From: Candidatus Micrarchaeota archaeon
GTDB lineage: Archaea > Micrarchaeota > Micrarchaeia > Norongarragalinales > Norongarragalinaceae
Reading direction: 5' to 3'
Assembly (NCBI GenBank): GCA_964477205.1
Contig: CAYZDE010000002.1
Coordinates: forward strand, 3,653 to 49,282
Length of the DNA: 45,630 nucleotides
Of the stretch, positions 33,028 through 42,233 are shown piece after piece (position 1 is the stretch's first letter; every line of letters begins with the position of its first letter). Below the pieces are notes generated by a model. It saw nothing but the letters and a program-made list of their open reading frames with translations, was not told the DNA's origin and ran no database searches. The position numbers and the translations under genes were made by a program.

Positions 33028-34137
33028 TTACTTCTTTAAGTACACTGTTTGGCTCGGGTACGCGAACTCGATTTTTGCTTTCGCGAATTCTTTTTGTACG
33101 AAAGAGTTAACCTTGTCCATTATCTCGCGCCGGCGCGAGGTCTGCTTTACCCAGTAACTAAAGCGGATTACCAGCGCGCTGTCCCCGAACGAGTCGAATA
33201 AGGCTTCGGTAGTGCCCTTCTCAATGCCGTCGTCCAAGGAATCCACTGATTTGAGTATTGCCTTAGCCCGCTCCATTTTCTTGGGGCTCGTGGAGTACTC
33301 CACCCCGATGTTCGTTAGGATGCGGCGCTTGTGGCACTTGCTGATGTTCTCGAGGGGCGAATTCGCCATTTGGGAGTTCGGGACCACCACGGTCGTGCCG
33401 TCGAAGGTTTTGATGCGCGTGGTGCGCATGCCCACTTCCTGCACCGTGCCCGAGTAATTCGCGACGGACACGGCGTCCCCGACTTCGAAGGGTCGGTCCC
33501 CGAAAATCGAGAACGAGCCCAACAAGTTACTCAGCGAGTCCTTGGCGGCCATGCCGATTGCAAGGCCGGCTATGCCGATGCCGCCGAGTAAGGCGGTGAT
33601 GTCATAACCGAAATTAGAGAGCACGAAGATGCCGGTGACGATTAGTACTATTGCCTTCAAGCCCTTGCGCAGGATTGGGAGTAGTTGGTCGTCGAGCTTT
33701 GACTTGGACTTGTCCGTCATGGGCGCTAAGACGGCTTCGAACAACAAGTCCACCAAGCGGATTAGGAACCACGCGCCGGTTATCACGAACAAGATTTGAA
33801 TCAAGTTGTCGGCTAATCCCTCCGGGAGGGTTAAGAACACGAGTACGTACTGCAAACCGAACACTCCGGCAGCCATCACGAGCGGCTCTTCTAGTATGTC
33901 CAACAACTTGTCGTCAAAATCCGTTTTAGTGTGCTTGGTGAGCACGCCCCCGTACTTCTTAACCAGGAAATACAAGATTTTAACTGCAATTAGGATTGCG
34001 AGGAGCAGGGTCAAGCTGATTAGGTACTGGGAAACCGTATTACCCATTAACTCGTTCTCCAAGAACGGGAGGGCCGAGGATAAGTTTTGGGAAACCCAAT
34101 CATTCAATAACTCGCTAGCGTGAACCAAAAATACCAC
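33028..34137 (-). CDS. mscS: Small-conductance mechanosensitive channel (MscS family)
   Basis: TM segments are followed by FGDRPFEVGDAVSVANYSGTVQEVGMRTTRIKTFDGTTVVVPNSQMANSPLEN, the MscS beta-domain signature. Confidence 0.85.
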   Translation of the reverse strand: MVFLVHASELLNDWVSQNLSSALPFLENELMGNTVSQYLISLTLLLAILIAVKILYFLVKKYGGVLTKHTKTDFDDKLLDILEEPLVMAAGVFGLQYVLVFLTLPEGLADNLIQILFVITGAWFLIRLVDLLFEAVLAPMTDKSKSKLDDQLLPILRKGLKAIVLIVTGIFVLSNFGYDITALLGGIGIAGLAIGMAAKDSLSNLLGSFSIFGDRPFEVGDAVSVANYSGTVQEVGMRTTRIKTFDGTTVVVPNSQMANSPLENISKCHKRRILTNIGVEYSTSPKKMERAKAILKSVDSLDDGIEKGTTEALFDSFGDSALVIRFSYWVKQTSRRREIMDKVNSFVQKEFAKAKIEFAYPSQTVYLKK

Positions 34138-34163
34138 CTTCTAGAATAACAAATGAATTGCAT

Positions 34164-35279
34164 TTAAATCCAATAGCCTTCTCCGGTTCCCGCGAACTCA
34201 CTGGTCCCGATGGCCTTGTACTCCTTGCCGTCTATTATCGCGGTGCCCACGCTCGGGTAGCCGCGGTAGTCGATGTCCGCGGTCTTTAGGAAGCGGGCGA
34301 GGCGCTTGCCCTTGATGGAATGGCGCTTGCCTTCGGACGAGCTTTGAATCAGCAATTTCACGCTTCCTTTTGCGTTGGTAACCTTGATGCGCGGGACTCC
34401 TTCAATCTTATCAACCAGCATTTCAGCTTCACTGAACACGTTGAACTCGCCGGTTGCAACGTCAACCGTGTAAAACTGGAAGTTTAACGGTATGCAGTTA
34501 AACAAATTGCCTATGAAGAAGTCGAAGAACCCGACGAACTTTTCCGGTTGTAACTCGCCGGGGTCGCGTTGGCAGGCGAGCACGCTCCACTGCCAGCCGG
34601 CGCGCAGGAACGGCAGGTTAGCGTGAACGCACTCGGTGTAACCGAAGTTTGACTCGAGCGGCTCGCCTACCAGCGGCTTCAAGTCGGCGTAGCCGAGCTT
34701 GGCCAAATCGCCTTTTGACTCGATTAATAATTTGCCGTGCATCGGGGCGAGGAACCAATCCGCTAGAATCGAGCCGTACTGCTCGAAAATGCATTTGTAA
34801 TATCCGATGTCGCGGCGAATGCGTGAGAAAGAGTAAGTTAATTTTAATTCGTTCGGGCCGTCGCGCACGGTGAATACGACTTCGTACTCGGGGCCCTTGC
34901 CGCTCCAAACGAGTTGCTTTCGTGCTTCTTTTACTACCGCCCGGCCTTGCTTTCCGTCGAAGCGCACTTTACACAATCCTTCTTCGATTCCGATTGTCTT
35001 ATTCTTGAACCTTATTTCATTGAATAAGTACGAGTTCGAGCCGTCGAAAGCAATTGAAATAAAGCCGCTCGCTTTTTTTCCGCCTACGAACGCGTACAGC
35101 CACCCCTTCGAGAAAGCGTCTTTGCCCCCGTCGTACTCGCGCGCGATGGTGAAGTACTTCGCGTACTTGCGCGCCTTTTCAGGGGGGAGCAGGCGCAACT
35201 CGTGCTTGAAGCCCGGCTTCTTGTTCTTGATAATCGGGGCGTTCGAGAATAATAACAAGTCGCGGTTCGTTGCCTTCAA
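34164..35279 (-). CDS. Hypothetical 371-aa soluble, apparently beta-rich protein
   Basis: Long intact ORF with local codon usage. No family was recognised with confidence. Confidence 0.45.
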   Translation of the reverse strand: MKATNRDLLLFSNAPIIKNKKPGFKHELRLLPPEKARKYAKYFTIAREYDGGKDAFSKGWLYAFVGGKKASGFISIAFDGSNSYLFNEIRFKNKTIGIEEGLCKVRFDGKQGRAVVKEARKQLVWSGKGPEYEVVFTVRDGPNELKLTYSFSRIRRDIGYYKCIFEQYGSILADWFLAPMHGKLLIESKGDLAKLGYADLKPLVGEPLESNFGYTECVHANLPFLRAGWQWSVLACQRDPGELQPEKFVGFFDFFIGNLFNCIPLNFQFYTVDVATGEFNVFSEAEMLVDKIEGVPRIKVTNAKGSVKLLIQSSSEGKRHSIKGKRLARFLKTADIDYRGYPSVGTAIIDGKEYKAIGTSEFAGTGEGYWI

Positions 35280-35305
35280 TTTAACACCGTTAACTGAAAA
35301 GCGGG

Positions 35306-35905
35306 TTGAAAATAAAAAGCCACTCCTGCAAAAGCGTTAAAAGAACGGGAGGCGTTCTCGCTAAAGGGTGGGTTAGTTTGAAGTTGGCTAAGCTGGTTAA
35401 GAGTTCGAATTTAGTGCGCGCAAAGCGCTTGAAGCAAAAGCTTTCGCCTAGTGAGCTGGCGGATGCATCGGGAGTGAAGCCGGCGAAGCTCAAGGCCATC
35501 GAGGCGAATAAGGCGAAGCCGTCGCTTGAAGAAGCAACGCGATTATCGCGCGTTCTCGGCGTCAAGGTGGAGTCATTGTTCTCTCTCAAATTCAAGGAGA
35601 AGGAAAAGAAGCCTGCGCGGGTTAAGGCGAGGAAGAAATTGAAGCGCGCTTCGGGAGGCCAGCCGTCCAAGCGAATTCTCCCATTGTTGACTTTAATGGC
35701 AGGGAAGAAAGAGCCGCGCATTCAAAAGAAGGTAATGCGTTTAGTGGGTGGCGTCGGTGCCAGGCACTTGGGCGAAACATTGGATACGGTAAAGAAGTGG
35801 AAGCGCAAAAACCCCGCACTCGTTAAGAAGTGCGCGGGCGAGCTCCGTAAGCGCCACAAGGGCGACCGAAAGGCGTACAAACTCATTCGCGAAGCGCTCG
35901 CGTAA
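35306..35905 (+). CDS. XRE-type HTH protein with a long, highly basic C-terminal region
   Basis: RAKRLKQKLSPSELADASGVKPAKLKAIEANKAKPSLEEATRLSRVLGV is an HTH_XRE pattern. The likely true start is TTG 35378, behind an AAGGGTGG SD. Confidence 0.55.
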   Translation: MKIKSHSCKSVKRTGGVLAKGWVSLKLAKLVKSSNLVRAKRLKQKLSPSELADASGVKPAKLKAIEANKAKPSLEEATRLSRVLGVKVESLFSLKFKEKEKKPARVKARKKLKRASGGQPSKRILPLLTLMAGKKEPRIQKKVMRLVGGVGARHLGETLDTVKKWKRKNPALVKKCAGELRKRHKGDRKAYKLIREALA

Positions 35906-35940
35906 ACCGGTTTAAATCAAGGGAACGGCATATTGATTGC

Positions 35941-37374
35941 ATGCAACGCGGGGTAATCCTCAATTTCGTTAGTATAGTCTTAAAGAGCATGGCCCCGCTA
36001 TTGCTAATACCGGTTATAGTAGGGTATTGGTACGGAGAGCCCACTGAGTCATTGTACGCGTTTCTTAATGCTTCATTATTGAGCGTACTTTTGGGCTACT
36101 CCATGGATTACTTGTCGGAGAAGGGCAAGGCGAGCACGAAGGAAGCCATGATGGCGGTGGGCCTCGGCTGGGTGTTCGCTTGCCTGGTCGGCGCGATTCC
36201 ATTCACGGGAGTCGGGTTGAGTTACTTGGACGCGGTGTTCGAGAGCGTCGCCGGGTTCACGACCACCGGGACTACGCTATTACTTGAGATTCGTGGGTTG
36301 CCGCACAGCGTGTTATTCTGGCGCTCGTTCATCCAGTGGCTCGGGGGCATCGGCATCATCGCCTCGTTCTCCGTGCTCCTCACCGGAGAGGATAACAAGT
36401 TATTACCGCAGATTTTCTTCGCGGAAACCAGTAAGATAGCGTCACAGCGCGTGACTCAAAGCGCTGCCAAGATGGTTGCAGTGCTCGGCGCGGTGTATTT
36501 AACGCTCACTCTCGCTGAATTCGTGGCTTTGAGCGCGCTCGGGGTAGGGGCGTTCGACGCGGTGACGCACTCGTTTACTACGCTGTCAACCGGAGGGTTC
36601 TCGACTTTCGTGGGTAGTGTGGCGGCTTTTGACAGCGTGGCGGTTGAAGCAGTGATAACCGTGTTCATGTTCCTCGGCGGATTGAACTTCATAGTAATCG
36701 CGCATTACTTTGCGAGAAAGGGCAAGGTTAATTACGAGACGAAGTTGTACGCGGCGATAATCGTTGCGGCGTCACTCCTAGTGTGTGCGGACCTCGCCTT
36801 GAACGGGGCGTCATTATTCAACTCGGCAAGGGAAGGCATCTTTCAAGTCGTCTCCATTATGACGACTACGGGTTACACCACGGCGAACTTCATTGCGTGG
36901 CCAAAGCTAAGCCAAATAATACTGGTAACCTTAATGGTCATCGGCGGTTGTGCGGGCAGCACCGGCGGGGGAATCAAGGTCATTCGCTTCGGCTTGCTCG
37001 CGAAGACCGCGTTGCGCGAGATGAAGAAAGTGTGCTCGCCAAAGCTGGCCGTGAACCAAGTGAGAATCGGTAGGGAAGCGGTTTCCGAAGGAGTCTTGCA
37101 AGGCGTGGCCGCATTGTTCGTATTGTGGCTGGGCCTCCTCTTGATCGGCGGAACAATCACCGCGGTTGCAACGAATTACCCGGTGTTCGAGTCGTTCTCG
37201 GGCATGGCAAGCGCGTTGGGCAACATAGGGCCGAGCTTGATTCCCGCTAGCGAAACGCCTTTATTGCCGAACTTGGTTAAAGTATTATTCATGATTGGAA
37301 TGCTAGCCGGGCGCCTCGAGATAATACCCCTCGTCGTGCTGTTTAACCCTGCTAGCTGGAAGGGATTCCCTTAA
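35941..37374 (+). CDS. trkH: TrkH/KtrB-family potassium transporter membrane subunit
   Basis: 477 aa and polytopic, with repeated selectivity-filter-like segments (GFTTTGTT, TLSTGGFS, IMTTTGYT, GSTGGGIK). Confidence 0.85.
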   Translation: MQRGVILNFVSIVLKSMAPLLLIPVIVGYWYGEPTESLYAFLNASLLSVLLGYSMDYLSEKGKASTKEAMMAVGLGWVFACLVGAIPFTGVGLSYLDAVFESVAGFTTTGTTLLLEIRGLPHSVLFWRSFIQWLGGIGIIASFSVLLTGEDNKLLPQIFFAETSKIASQRVTQSAAKMVAVLGAVYLTLTLAEFVALSALGVGAFDAVTHSFTTLSTGGFSTFVGSVAAFDSVAVEAVITVFMFLGGLNFIVIAHYFARKGKVNYETKLYAAIIVAASLLVCADLALNGASLFNSAREGIFQVVSIMTTTGYTTANFIAWPKLSQIILVTLMVIGGCAGSTGGGIKVIRFGLLAKTALREMKKVCSPKLAVNQVRIGREAVSEGVLQGVAALFVLWLGLLLIGGTITAVATNYPVFESFSGMASALGNIGPSLIPASETPLLPNLVKVLFMIGMLAGRLEIIPLVVLFNPASWKGFP

Positions 37375-37375
37375 A

Positions 37376-38023
37376 ATGTATGCTATTATCTGCGGTTTGG
37401 ACGCCTTCGGGCGAAAACTATTGACTGGCCTCCTCAAGAAAGGCCACGACGTCGTGGCAATAGAGGAAAACCGGGAAATCGCTAATGAAGTTCAAGCTGA
37501 CACTAACGGAGTAATAGTTAACGGAGACGCCACTTCGGTTATCGTACTCGAGCAAGCGGGAATTGCAAAAGCGAATGTTTTCATAGCGAACGCGCCAACG
37601 GACGCGACGAACCTCGCATTGTGCGTTATCGCGAAGAAGTACGGGGTAGAGTACGTTATCGCTAATGTGCGCGACCCAGCGTATTCAGACGCGTTCAAGA
37701 TAACCGGAGTGGACAAGCGCCTCGCCGCGGTCGACACGCTTTACGAAGAGTTAATCAACGTAATCGAGACCCCCTCAATCGAGAAGAGCTTGCCCCTCGA
37801 CGGGTACAAGCTCCTCGTCGTGGACGTTGGCGAGGACGATAAAATAGCGGGCAAGCGAGTGAGCGAGCTCGAAGAAAAAATCAAGGGCCTCCACGTGCTC
37901 GCGGTGCTCACCGGCGAGTCGCTGTCACGAAACAAGCAAGCGAAAATCACGGCGAACACAACGCTCGTACTGCTCGTGGAGAAGGACCGCGAGGAACGCG
38001 TGCGAAAGTTGTTCAAGAAATGA
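37376..38023 (+). CDS. trkA: TrkA/KtrA-type RCK (NAD-binding) regulatory subunit
   Basis: N-terminal Rossmann-like region (IICGLDAFGRKL) and a C-terminal TrkA-C-like half. It starts 2 nt after trkH. Confidence 0.75.
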   Translation: MYAIICGLDAFGRKLLTGLLKKGHDVVAIEENREIANEVQADTNGVIVNGDATSVIVLEQAGIAKANVFIANAPTDATNLALCVIAKKYGVEYVIANVRDPAYSDAFKITGVDKRLAAVDTLYEELINVIETPSIEKSLPLDGYKLLVVDVGEDDKIAGKRVSELEEKIKGLHVLAVLTGESLSRNKQAKITANTTLVLLVEKDREERVRKLFKK

Positions 38024-38637
38024 AGCGCGCTTTGAAAGTCCTTGAACGTTTAGACCGCGATTATTCTTGGAACGCTTGGCAGCCTAAGAACGCTTTTCGT
38101 GCGCTCGTCGCGACGATGCTGTCCGCCCAGTGCACGGACGCACAAGTCGAAAAGGTATTGCCCGCCTTATTCAAGCGGTTTAAAACGCCGACGGATTTTG
38201 CTAATGCTAAGACGCGCGAGTTAGAAAAGTTGATTCGCTCTACCGGGTATTACAAGGTGAAGGCGAAGCGGTTGAAGGCAATGTCGCGCGTTTTACTCGA
38301 ACAGCACGCGGGCAGGGTGCCCGATTCCATGCAAGCACTCGTTAACTTGCCGGGCGTTGGGCGCAAAACCGCGAACATCGTCCTCGAGCACTCGTTCAAT
38401 AAGGTCGAGGGCATCGCGGTTGACACGCACGTTTGGCGCCTCTCGCATCGCCTCGGATTTAGTGAAAAGAACACGCAGTGGGGAATCGAAAGCGACTTGA
38501 TGGCTGCGCTCCCGCACTCGTGGTGGGCGCGGGCGAACACTTTACTCATTATGCACGGGCGCGCGGTGTGCAAGGCGAGGAACCCGAAGTGTTGTGGTTG
38601 TTGCGTTTCGAGGTATTGCCCATACGCGCGAGTGTAA
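38020..38637 (+). CDS. nth: Endonuclease III (HhH-GPD DNA glycosylase with a 4Fe-4S cluster)
   Basis: ATMLSAQCTD, LPGVGRKTANIVL, VDTHV, and the C-terminal CKARNPKCCGCCVSRYC cluster loop. Confidence 0.9.
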   Translation: MKRALKVLERLDRDYSWNAWQPKNAFRALVATMLSAQCTDAQVEKVLPALFKRFKTPTDFANAKTRELEKLIRSTGYYKVKAKRLKAMSRVLLEQHAGRVPDSMQALVNLPGVGRKTANIVLEHSFNKVEGIAVDTHVWRLSHRLGFSEKNTQWGIESDLMAALPHSWWARANTLLIMHGRAVCKARNPKCCGCCVSRYCPYARV

Positions 38638-38673
38638 GGATTAAAACGATGCGGGGGCACTATATTCACTCGA

Positions 38674-38746
38674 AGCCCCGTAGTCTAGTGGTCAAGGATG
38701 CCAGCCTCTGGAGCTGGAGACGGCAGTTCGAGTCTGCCCGGGGCTA
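38674..38746 (+). tRNA. tRNA-Gln (anticodon CTG)
   Basis: Acceptor AGCCCCG/CGGGGCT (A1:U72), anticodon arm CCAGC-CTCTGGA-GCTGG, T arm GGCAG-TTCGAGT-CTGCC, discriminator A. Confidence 0.9.
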
Positions 38747-38747
38747 T

Positions 38748-39095
38748 ATGAAACTCGTTAAGGCTAGTGAAACGAAAAAGGTTAGTGGAAAATCGTATTA
38801 CAAGCGCGTGTTAGAGAGCTCGTTCAATGGGCGGGTTGAGTTAGTGGAGGAGGCGGTCGTTGAGCCAGGCGGAAAGATTCCCTTACACTCGCACGAATTC
38901 ACCAGTGAATTCTTTTACATTGCGTCGGGTAAGGCGCTAATGCTTGTAAACGGGAAAGAGTTAGCGGTGGAGCAAGGCGACTTCGTGTTCGTAGACAAGG
39001 GGGAAGAGCACGGGTTCGAGAATGCAAGTAAAGAGGAACTAAAGCTGTTGGTCTTGAAGCAAGACTTCCGGGAAGGCGATTCGTTTCTGAAGTAA
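38748..39095 (+). CDS. Cupin-domain protein (115 aa)
   Basis: GGKIPLHSHEFTSEFFYIASGKA...GDFVFVDKGEEHGFEN contains the two cupin motifs. The first ATG comes after the tRNA; the longer track ORF (from 38478) reads through the tRNA gene. Confidence 0.7.
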   Translation: MKLVKASETKKVSGKSYYKRVLESSFNGRVELVEEAVVEPGGKIPLHSHEFTSEFFYIASGKALMLVNGKELAVEQGDFVFVDKGEEHGFENASKEELKLLVLKQDFREGDSFLK

Positions 39096-39288
39096 AGAGT
39101 AAAAAGCCAGCAGGTACAATTATTATTTCCATGATGAAGAGGTATTAATTGAGGGCGCGCTTCGGTGCGTCCAGTGAGAGAAACAGAGTCAACTGATAGA
39201 CAAAAAACAAACCTCAAAAAAAAAGAATAGGCTGGGCTTGCAAGTGTTTTTATTGCCTTGTTGAGTTGTATGAAGTGAGTGATTTCCA

Positions 39289-39606
39289 ATGATTGATTCG
39301 AGTGCAATCGAGTACGCCCGAAAGGGCTTGAATGACGGCTTCAGTGAAGCCGAAATCAAAAAGGAGTTGGCTAAGTCCGGTTGGAGCGATAGCGACGCGT
39401 CCGAGGCAATCGAGCGCGCGAAGTCGCCTTCCAAGAAAAAAGAGCCGGAATCAAAGGAAGCCGGAACCGGCCCTCTCGCGGCGATACTAACTATATTAAA
39501 GTCGTTCACTTGGGCCGGCTGGCTGGGCGTAGTCATGCTCATTTTAGGGTTAATCGTCTTGTTGTGGGCGCTCACCGCGCCTTGCGAACACTGTATTATC
39601 TTGTGA
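39289..39606 (+). CDS. Small membrane protein (soluble N-terminal helical domain plus one or two TM helices)
   Basis: 105 aa with a C-terminal hydrophobic stretch (WLGVVMLILGLIVLLWAL). No family was recognised. Confidence 0.45.
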   Translation: MIDSSAIEYARKGLNDGFSEAEIKKELAKSGWSDSDASEAIERAKSPSKKKEPESKEAGTGPLAAILTILKSFTWAGWLGVVMLILGLIVLLWALTAPCEHCIIL

Positions 39607-39613
39607 GTGTATA

Positions 39614-41365
39614 ATGGCTGCGTTCCCGTTGTTTGACTTGGGCGTCATTATCGTTGCGGCTACACTCGCAGCGTATTTAGCTAAGATTTTCCATCAACCC
39701 AAGCTATTAGCTTACATTATTGCCGGGGTTGCCATCGGCCCGTTCGGGTTGAACCTGCTGCAGGACACTGAAGTCATTTGGGGCTTCGCCGAGTTAGGCA
39801 TCGCGTTCTTGTTGTTCATCGTCGGCCTTGAACTCGACGTTAGTAAGTTGAAGGCCATCGGCTTTGATTCCCTACTCATCGGCCTCGGGCAGATGACGGC
39901 TTGCTTCATCGCGGGTTACTTCCTGGCTTCAGCTCTCGGCTTCACTGACCAGACGGCGATGTTCTTGTCAATGGTATTCGTGTTCAGTAGCACGATGGTC
40001 GTCGTCAAGAGTTTTTCGGACGCCGGCGGACTGCAAACGCTGAGCTCGCGCATTTCCATCGGAGTGCTCTTGCTGCAGGACATCGTGATTATAGTCATAC
40101 TCGCGATGATGACGTCAAACGGCGGGTTGACTCAATCGTTCATCGCCTTGTCGCTCATTAAAGGCTTCGGCTTATTCGCTCTTGCTTACGTTGCCGGAAA
40201 AGTCATACTCCCGCCTTTGTTCGACTTCGTGGCTCACTCGCGCGAATTATTATTCCTATCCGCGCTGTCGTGGTGCCTCGGCCTCGCATTGTTTTCAACG
40301 CTCCTCGGCTTCTCGCTTGCAATAGGCGCTTTCCTAGCCGGCGTTGCCATGGCTTCCCTTCCTTTCGCCCTTGAAATCAAAGGGGAATTACGCTCGCTCA
40401 AGGACTTCTTTGCAATCATCTTCTTTGCGTCACTGGGAATGGAACTCGCGTTCGGGAGCGTGGCGTGGCTAAGCGTAATCGCGTTCAGCGCGCTGGTTCT
40501 TTTATTCAAGCCGTTCACGCTGTTAGTTCTCACCGGCCTGCGAAGGCACACCAAACGCACTTCGTTCTTGGCCTCCGCGCCAATGGGCCAGGTGAGTGAG
40601 TTCTCCCTAATCATCGGCTTGCACGCCTTGTCCACCGGAATGATTGCACACGATTCGTTCTCGCTGCTCGTATTAGTGACCGCCGCGACGATTACGGCGA
40701 CTTCCTACTTCTCAAAGTACTCCGAGCGAATCTACCGAGCGGTTTCCCCGTACTTGAACGCGTTCGAACGCACGGACTGCAAGCGGTACAAGCTCGAGTC
40801 CGCGGACAAGCTAGGCGGGCACATCATCCTCTTCGGCTGCGACCGAATGGGTTACCACATCCTAAAGACTCTTAAGGAAATAAAAACGGATTTCCTAGTG
40901 GTGGATTACAACCCGGACGTTATCAGCGCGCTCAAGGACCAGGAAGTGAATTGTGTTTACGGCGACCTGGCGGACCAAGAGTTACTAGAGCACATTCGAT
41001 TGAAGGACGCGAAAGTAATCATTTCCACGGTTCCCTTGCTGGAAGAAAACCAAAACCTCGTGCACTTGGCAAAGAAAAGCGGGAAGTCAAAAGCGTTCGT
41101 GATTGCAACCGCGAGCACGCTGAACGACGCGCTTAAGCTGTACGAGGATGGAGCGGATTACGTGATACTGCCTAATTACTTGGCCGGCGAGCGCATCTCC
41201 TCGCTCACTAAAGAATTGTTGTCGGGCGAGGGCGCCGCTAAGAAAAGGAAAACCCTCGAACGCCACTTGAAGGAGTTAAAGGAAATGAAGGAAGAGCAAC
41301 TACGCGTTAAGTACGAGCCGCCCTTCCTCAGGGGATTAAAGTTCGACTCTAAAGGAAACGCGTGA
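39614..41365 (+). CDS. CPA2-family cation:proton antiporter (Kef-like) with a C-terminal RCK/TrkA-N domain
   Basis: About 11-12 TM segments (IIAGVAIGPFGL start typical of Kef/KefB). A Rossmann-like HIILFGCDRMGY...VVDYN domain follows. Confidence 0.8.
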   Translation: MAAFPLFDLGVIIVAATLAAYLAKIFHQPKLLAYIIAGVAIGPFGLNLLQDTEVIWGFAELGIAFLLFIVGLELDVSKLKAIGFDSLLIGLGQMTACFIAGYFLASALGFTDQTAMFLSMVFVFSSTMVVVKSFSDAGGLQTLSSRISIGVLLLQDIVIIVILAMMTSNGGLTQSFIALSLIKGFGLFALAYVAGKVILPPLFDFVAHSRELLFLSALSWCLGLALFSTLLGFSLAIGAFLAGVAMASLPFALEIKGELRSLKDFFAIIFFASLGMELAFGSVAWLSVIAFSALVLLFKPFTLLVLTGLRRHTKRTSFLASAPMGQVSEFSLIIGLHALSTGMIAHDSFSLLVLVTAATITATSYFSKYSERIYRAVSPYLNAFERTDCKRYKLESADKLGGHIILFGCDRMGYHILKTLKEIKTDFLVVDYNPDVISALKDQEVNCVYGDLADQELLEHIRLKDAKVIISTVPLLEENQNLVHLAKKSGKSKAFVIATASTLNDALKLYEDGADYVILPNYLAGERISSLTKELLSGEGAAKKRKTLERHLKELKEMKEEQLRVKYEPPFLRGLKFDSKGNA

Positions 41366-42227
41366 AGTTCAAGTCCGCTTTCTCAAGCTTCTCGAGTTCC
41401 ACCTTGGTTTCGCGCGCGTGGGATTGAATCACGCTTATCTGCTCGGGCGTAACGTGCGCAAAACGCCCTTGCATCTTCAAGTACCCTTCAACCGGCTTGT
41501 CACCGATTGGCTGGCTTAACTTGAACTTGCCGTTCTCTATCTCGAATAAATTCCACAACCCGCATTCCACGGCTAGGCGCGACACCTCGATGGTCTTGTT
41601 GCTCTTAATCTTCCAGCCGACGGTGCACGGGGCGTGAACGCTGATGAAGCGGAATCCTTCCATGCCCATTGCTTTCTCGAGCTTCTTCTTCAAGTCCGTT
41701 GGGTTCGAGATGCTCGCGGACGCAACGTACGGAATCGCGTGGCTCGCGGCAATGAACATTAAGTTCTTCTTCCACTCGCCCTTCCCGCCGACTTCCTTTG
41801 GCGAAGTCGTAGTTGCGGAAGCAAAAGGCGTGGCGCCGCTCCTCTGCAAGCCCGTGTTAGCGTAAGCCTCGTTGTCGTAGCAAATGTAAATCATGTCCTC
41901 GTTGCGCTCCATCGCACCGCTCAAAGCTCCGAAGCCGATGTCGTAAGTCGAGCCGTCACCGCCGAGGCAGACGACCGTGCCTTTCTTGCCGAGCTTCTTG
42001 AACGCCCGGCTCACGCCCGACGCAACAGACGCAGCGTTCTCGAACACGCTGTGAATGTACGGGACGCCCCAATTATTACGCGGGTAAGGCGATGAAATGA
42101 TTTCCATGCATCCCGTAGCGTTCACTATTACTATGTCCTTGCCAAGCGACTCCAGCACGTGGCGCACGGTTAAAGCGCAACCGCAGCCGGCGCAAGCCGT
42201 GTGTCCTTTCAAGAATAATTCACTCAT
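41349..42227 (-). CDS. porB: Pyruvate (2-oxoacid):ferredoxin oxidoreductase beta subunit (TPP-binding)
   Basis: CAGCGC near the N terminus and the GGDGSTYDIGFGALSGAMERNEDMIYICYDNEAYANTG TPP motif. Confidence 0.85.
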   Translation of the reverse strand: MSELFLKGHTACAGCGCALTVRHVLESLGKDIVIVNATGCMEIISSPYPRNNWGVPYIHSVFENAASVASGVSRAFKKLGKKGTVVCLGGDGSTYDIGFGALSGAMERNEDMIYICYDNEAYANTGLQRSGATPFASATTTSPKEVGGKGEWKKNLMFIAASHAIPYVASASISNPTDLKKKLEKAMGMEGFRFISVHAPCTVGWKIKSNKTIEVSRLAVECGLWNLFEIENGKFKLSQPIGDKPVEGYLKMQGRFAHVTPEQISVIQSHARETKVELEKLEKADLNFTRFL

Positions 42228-42233
42228 TTAACA

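Noticed and set aside
38478-39095. A 205-aa ORF spanning the nth 3' end, tRNA-Gln and the cupin gene
   Set aside because: The first 90 codons read through the tRNA-Gln gene and overlap nth in another frame. The cupin motifs begin only after ATG 38748.
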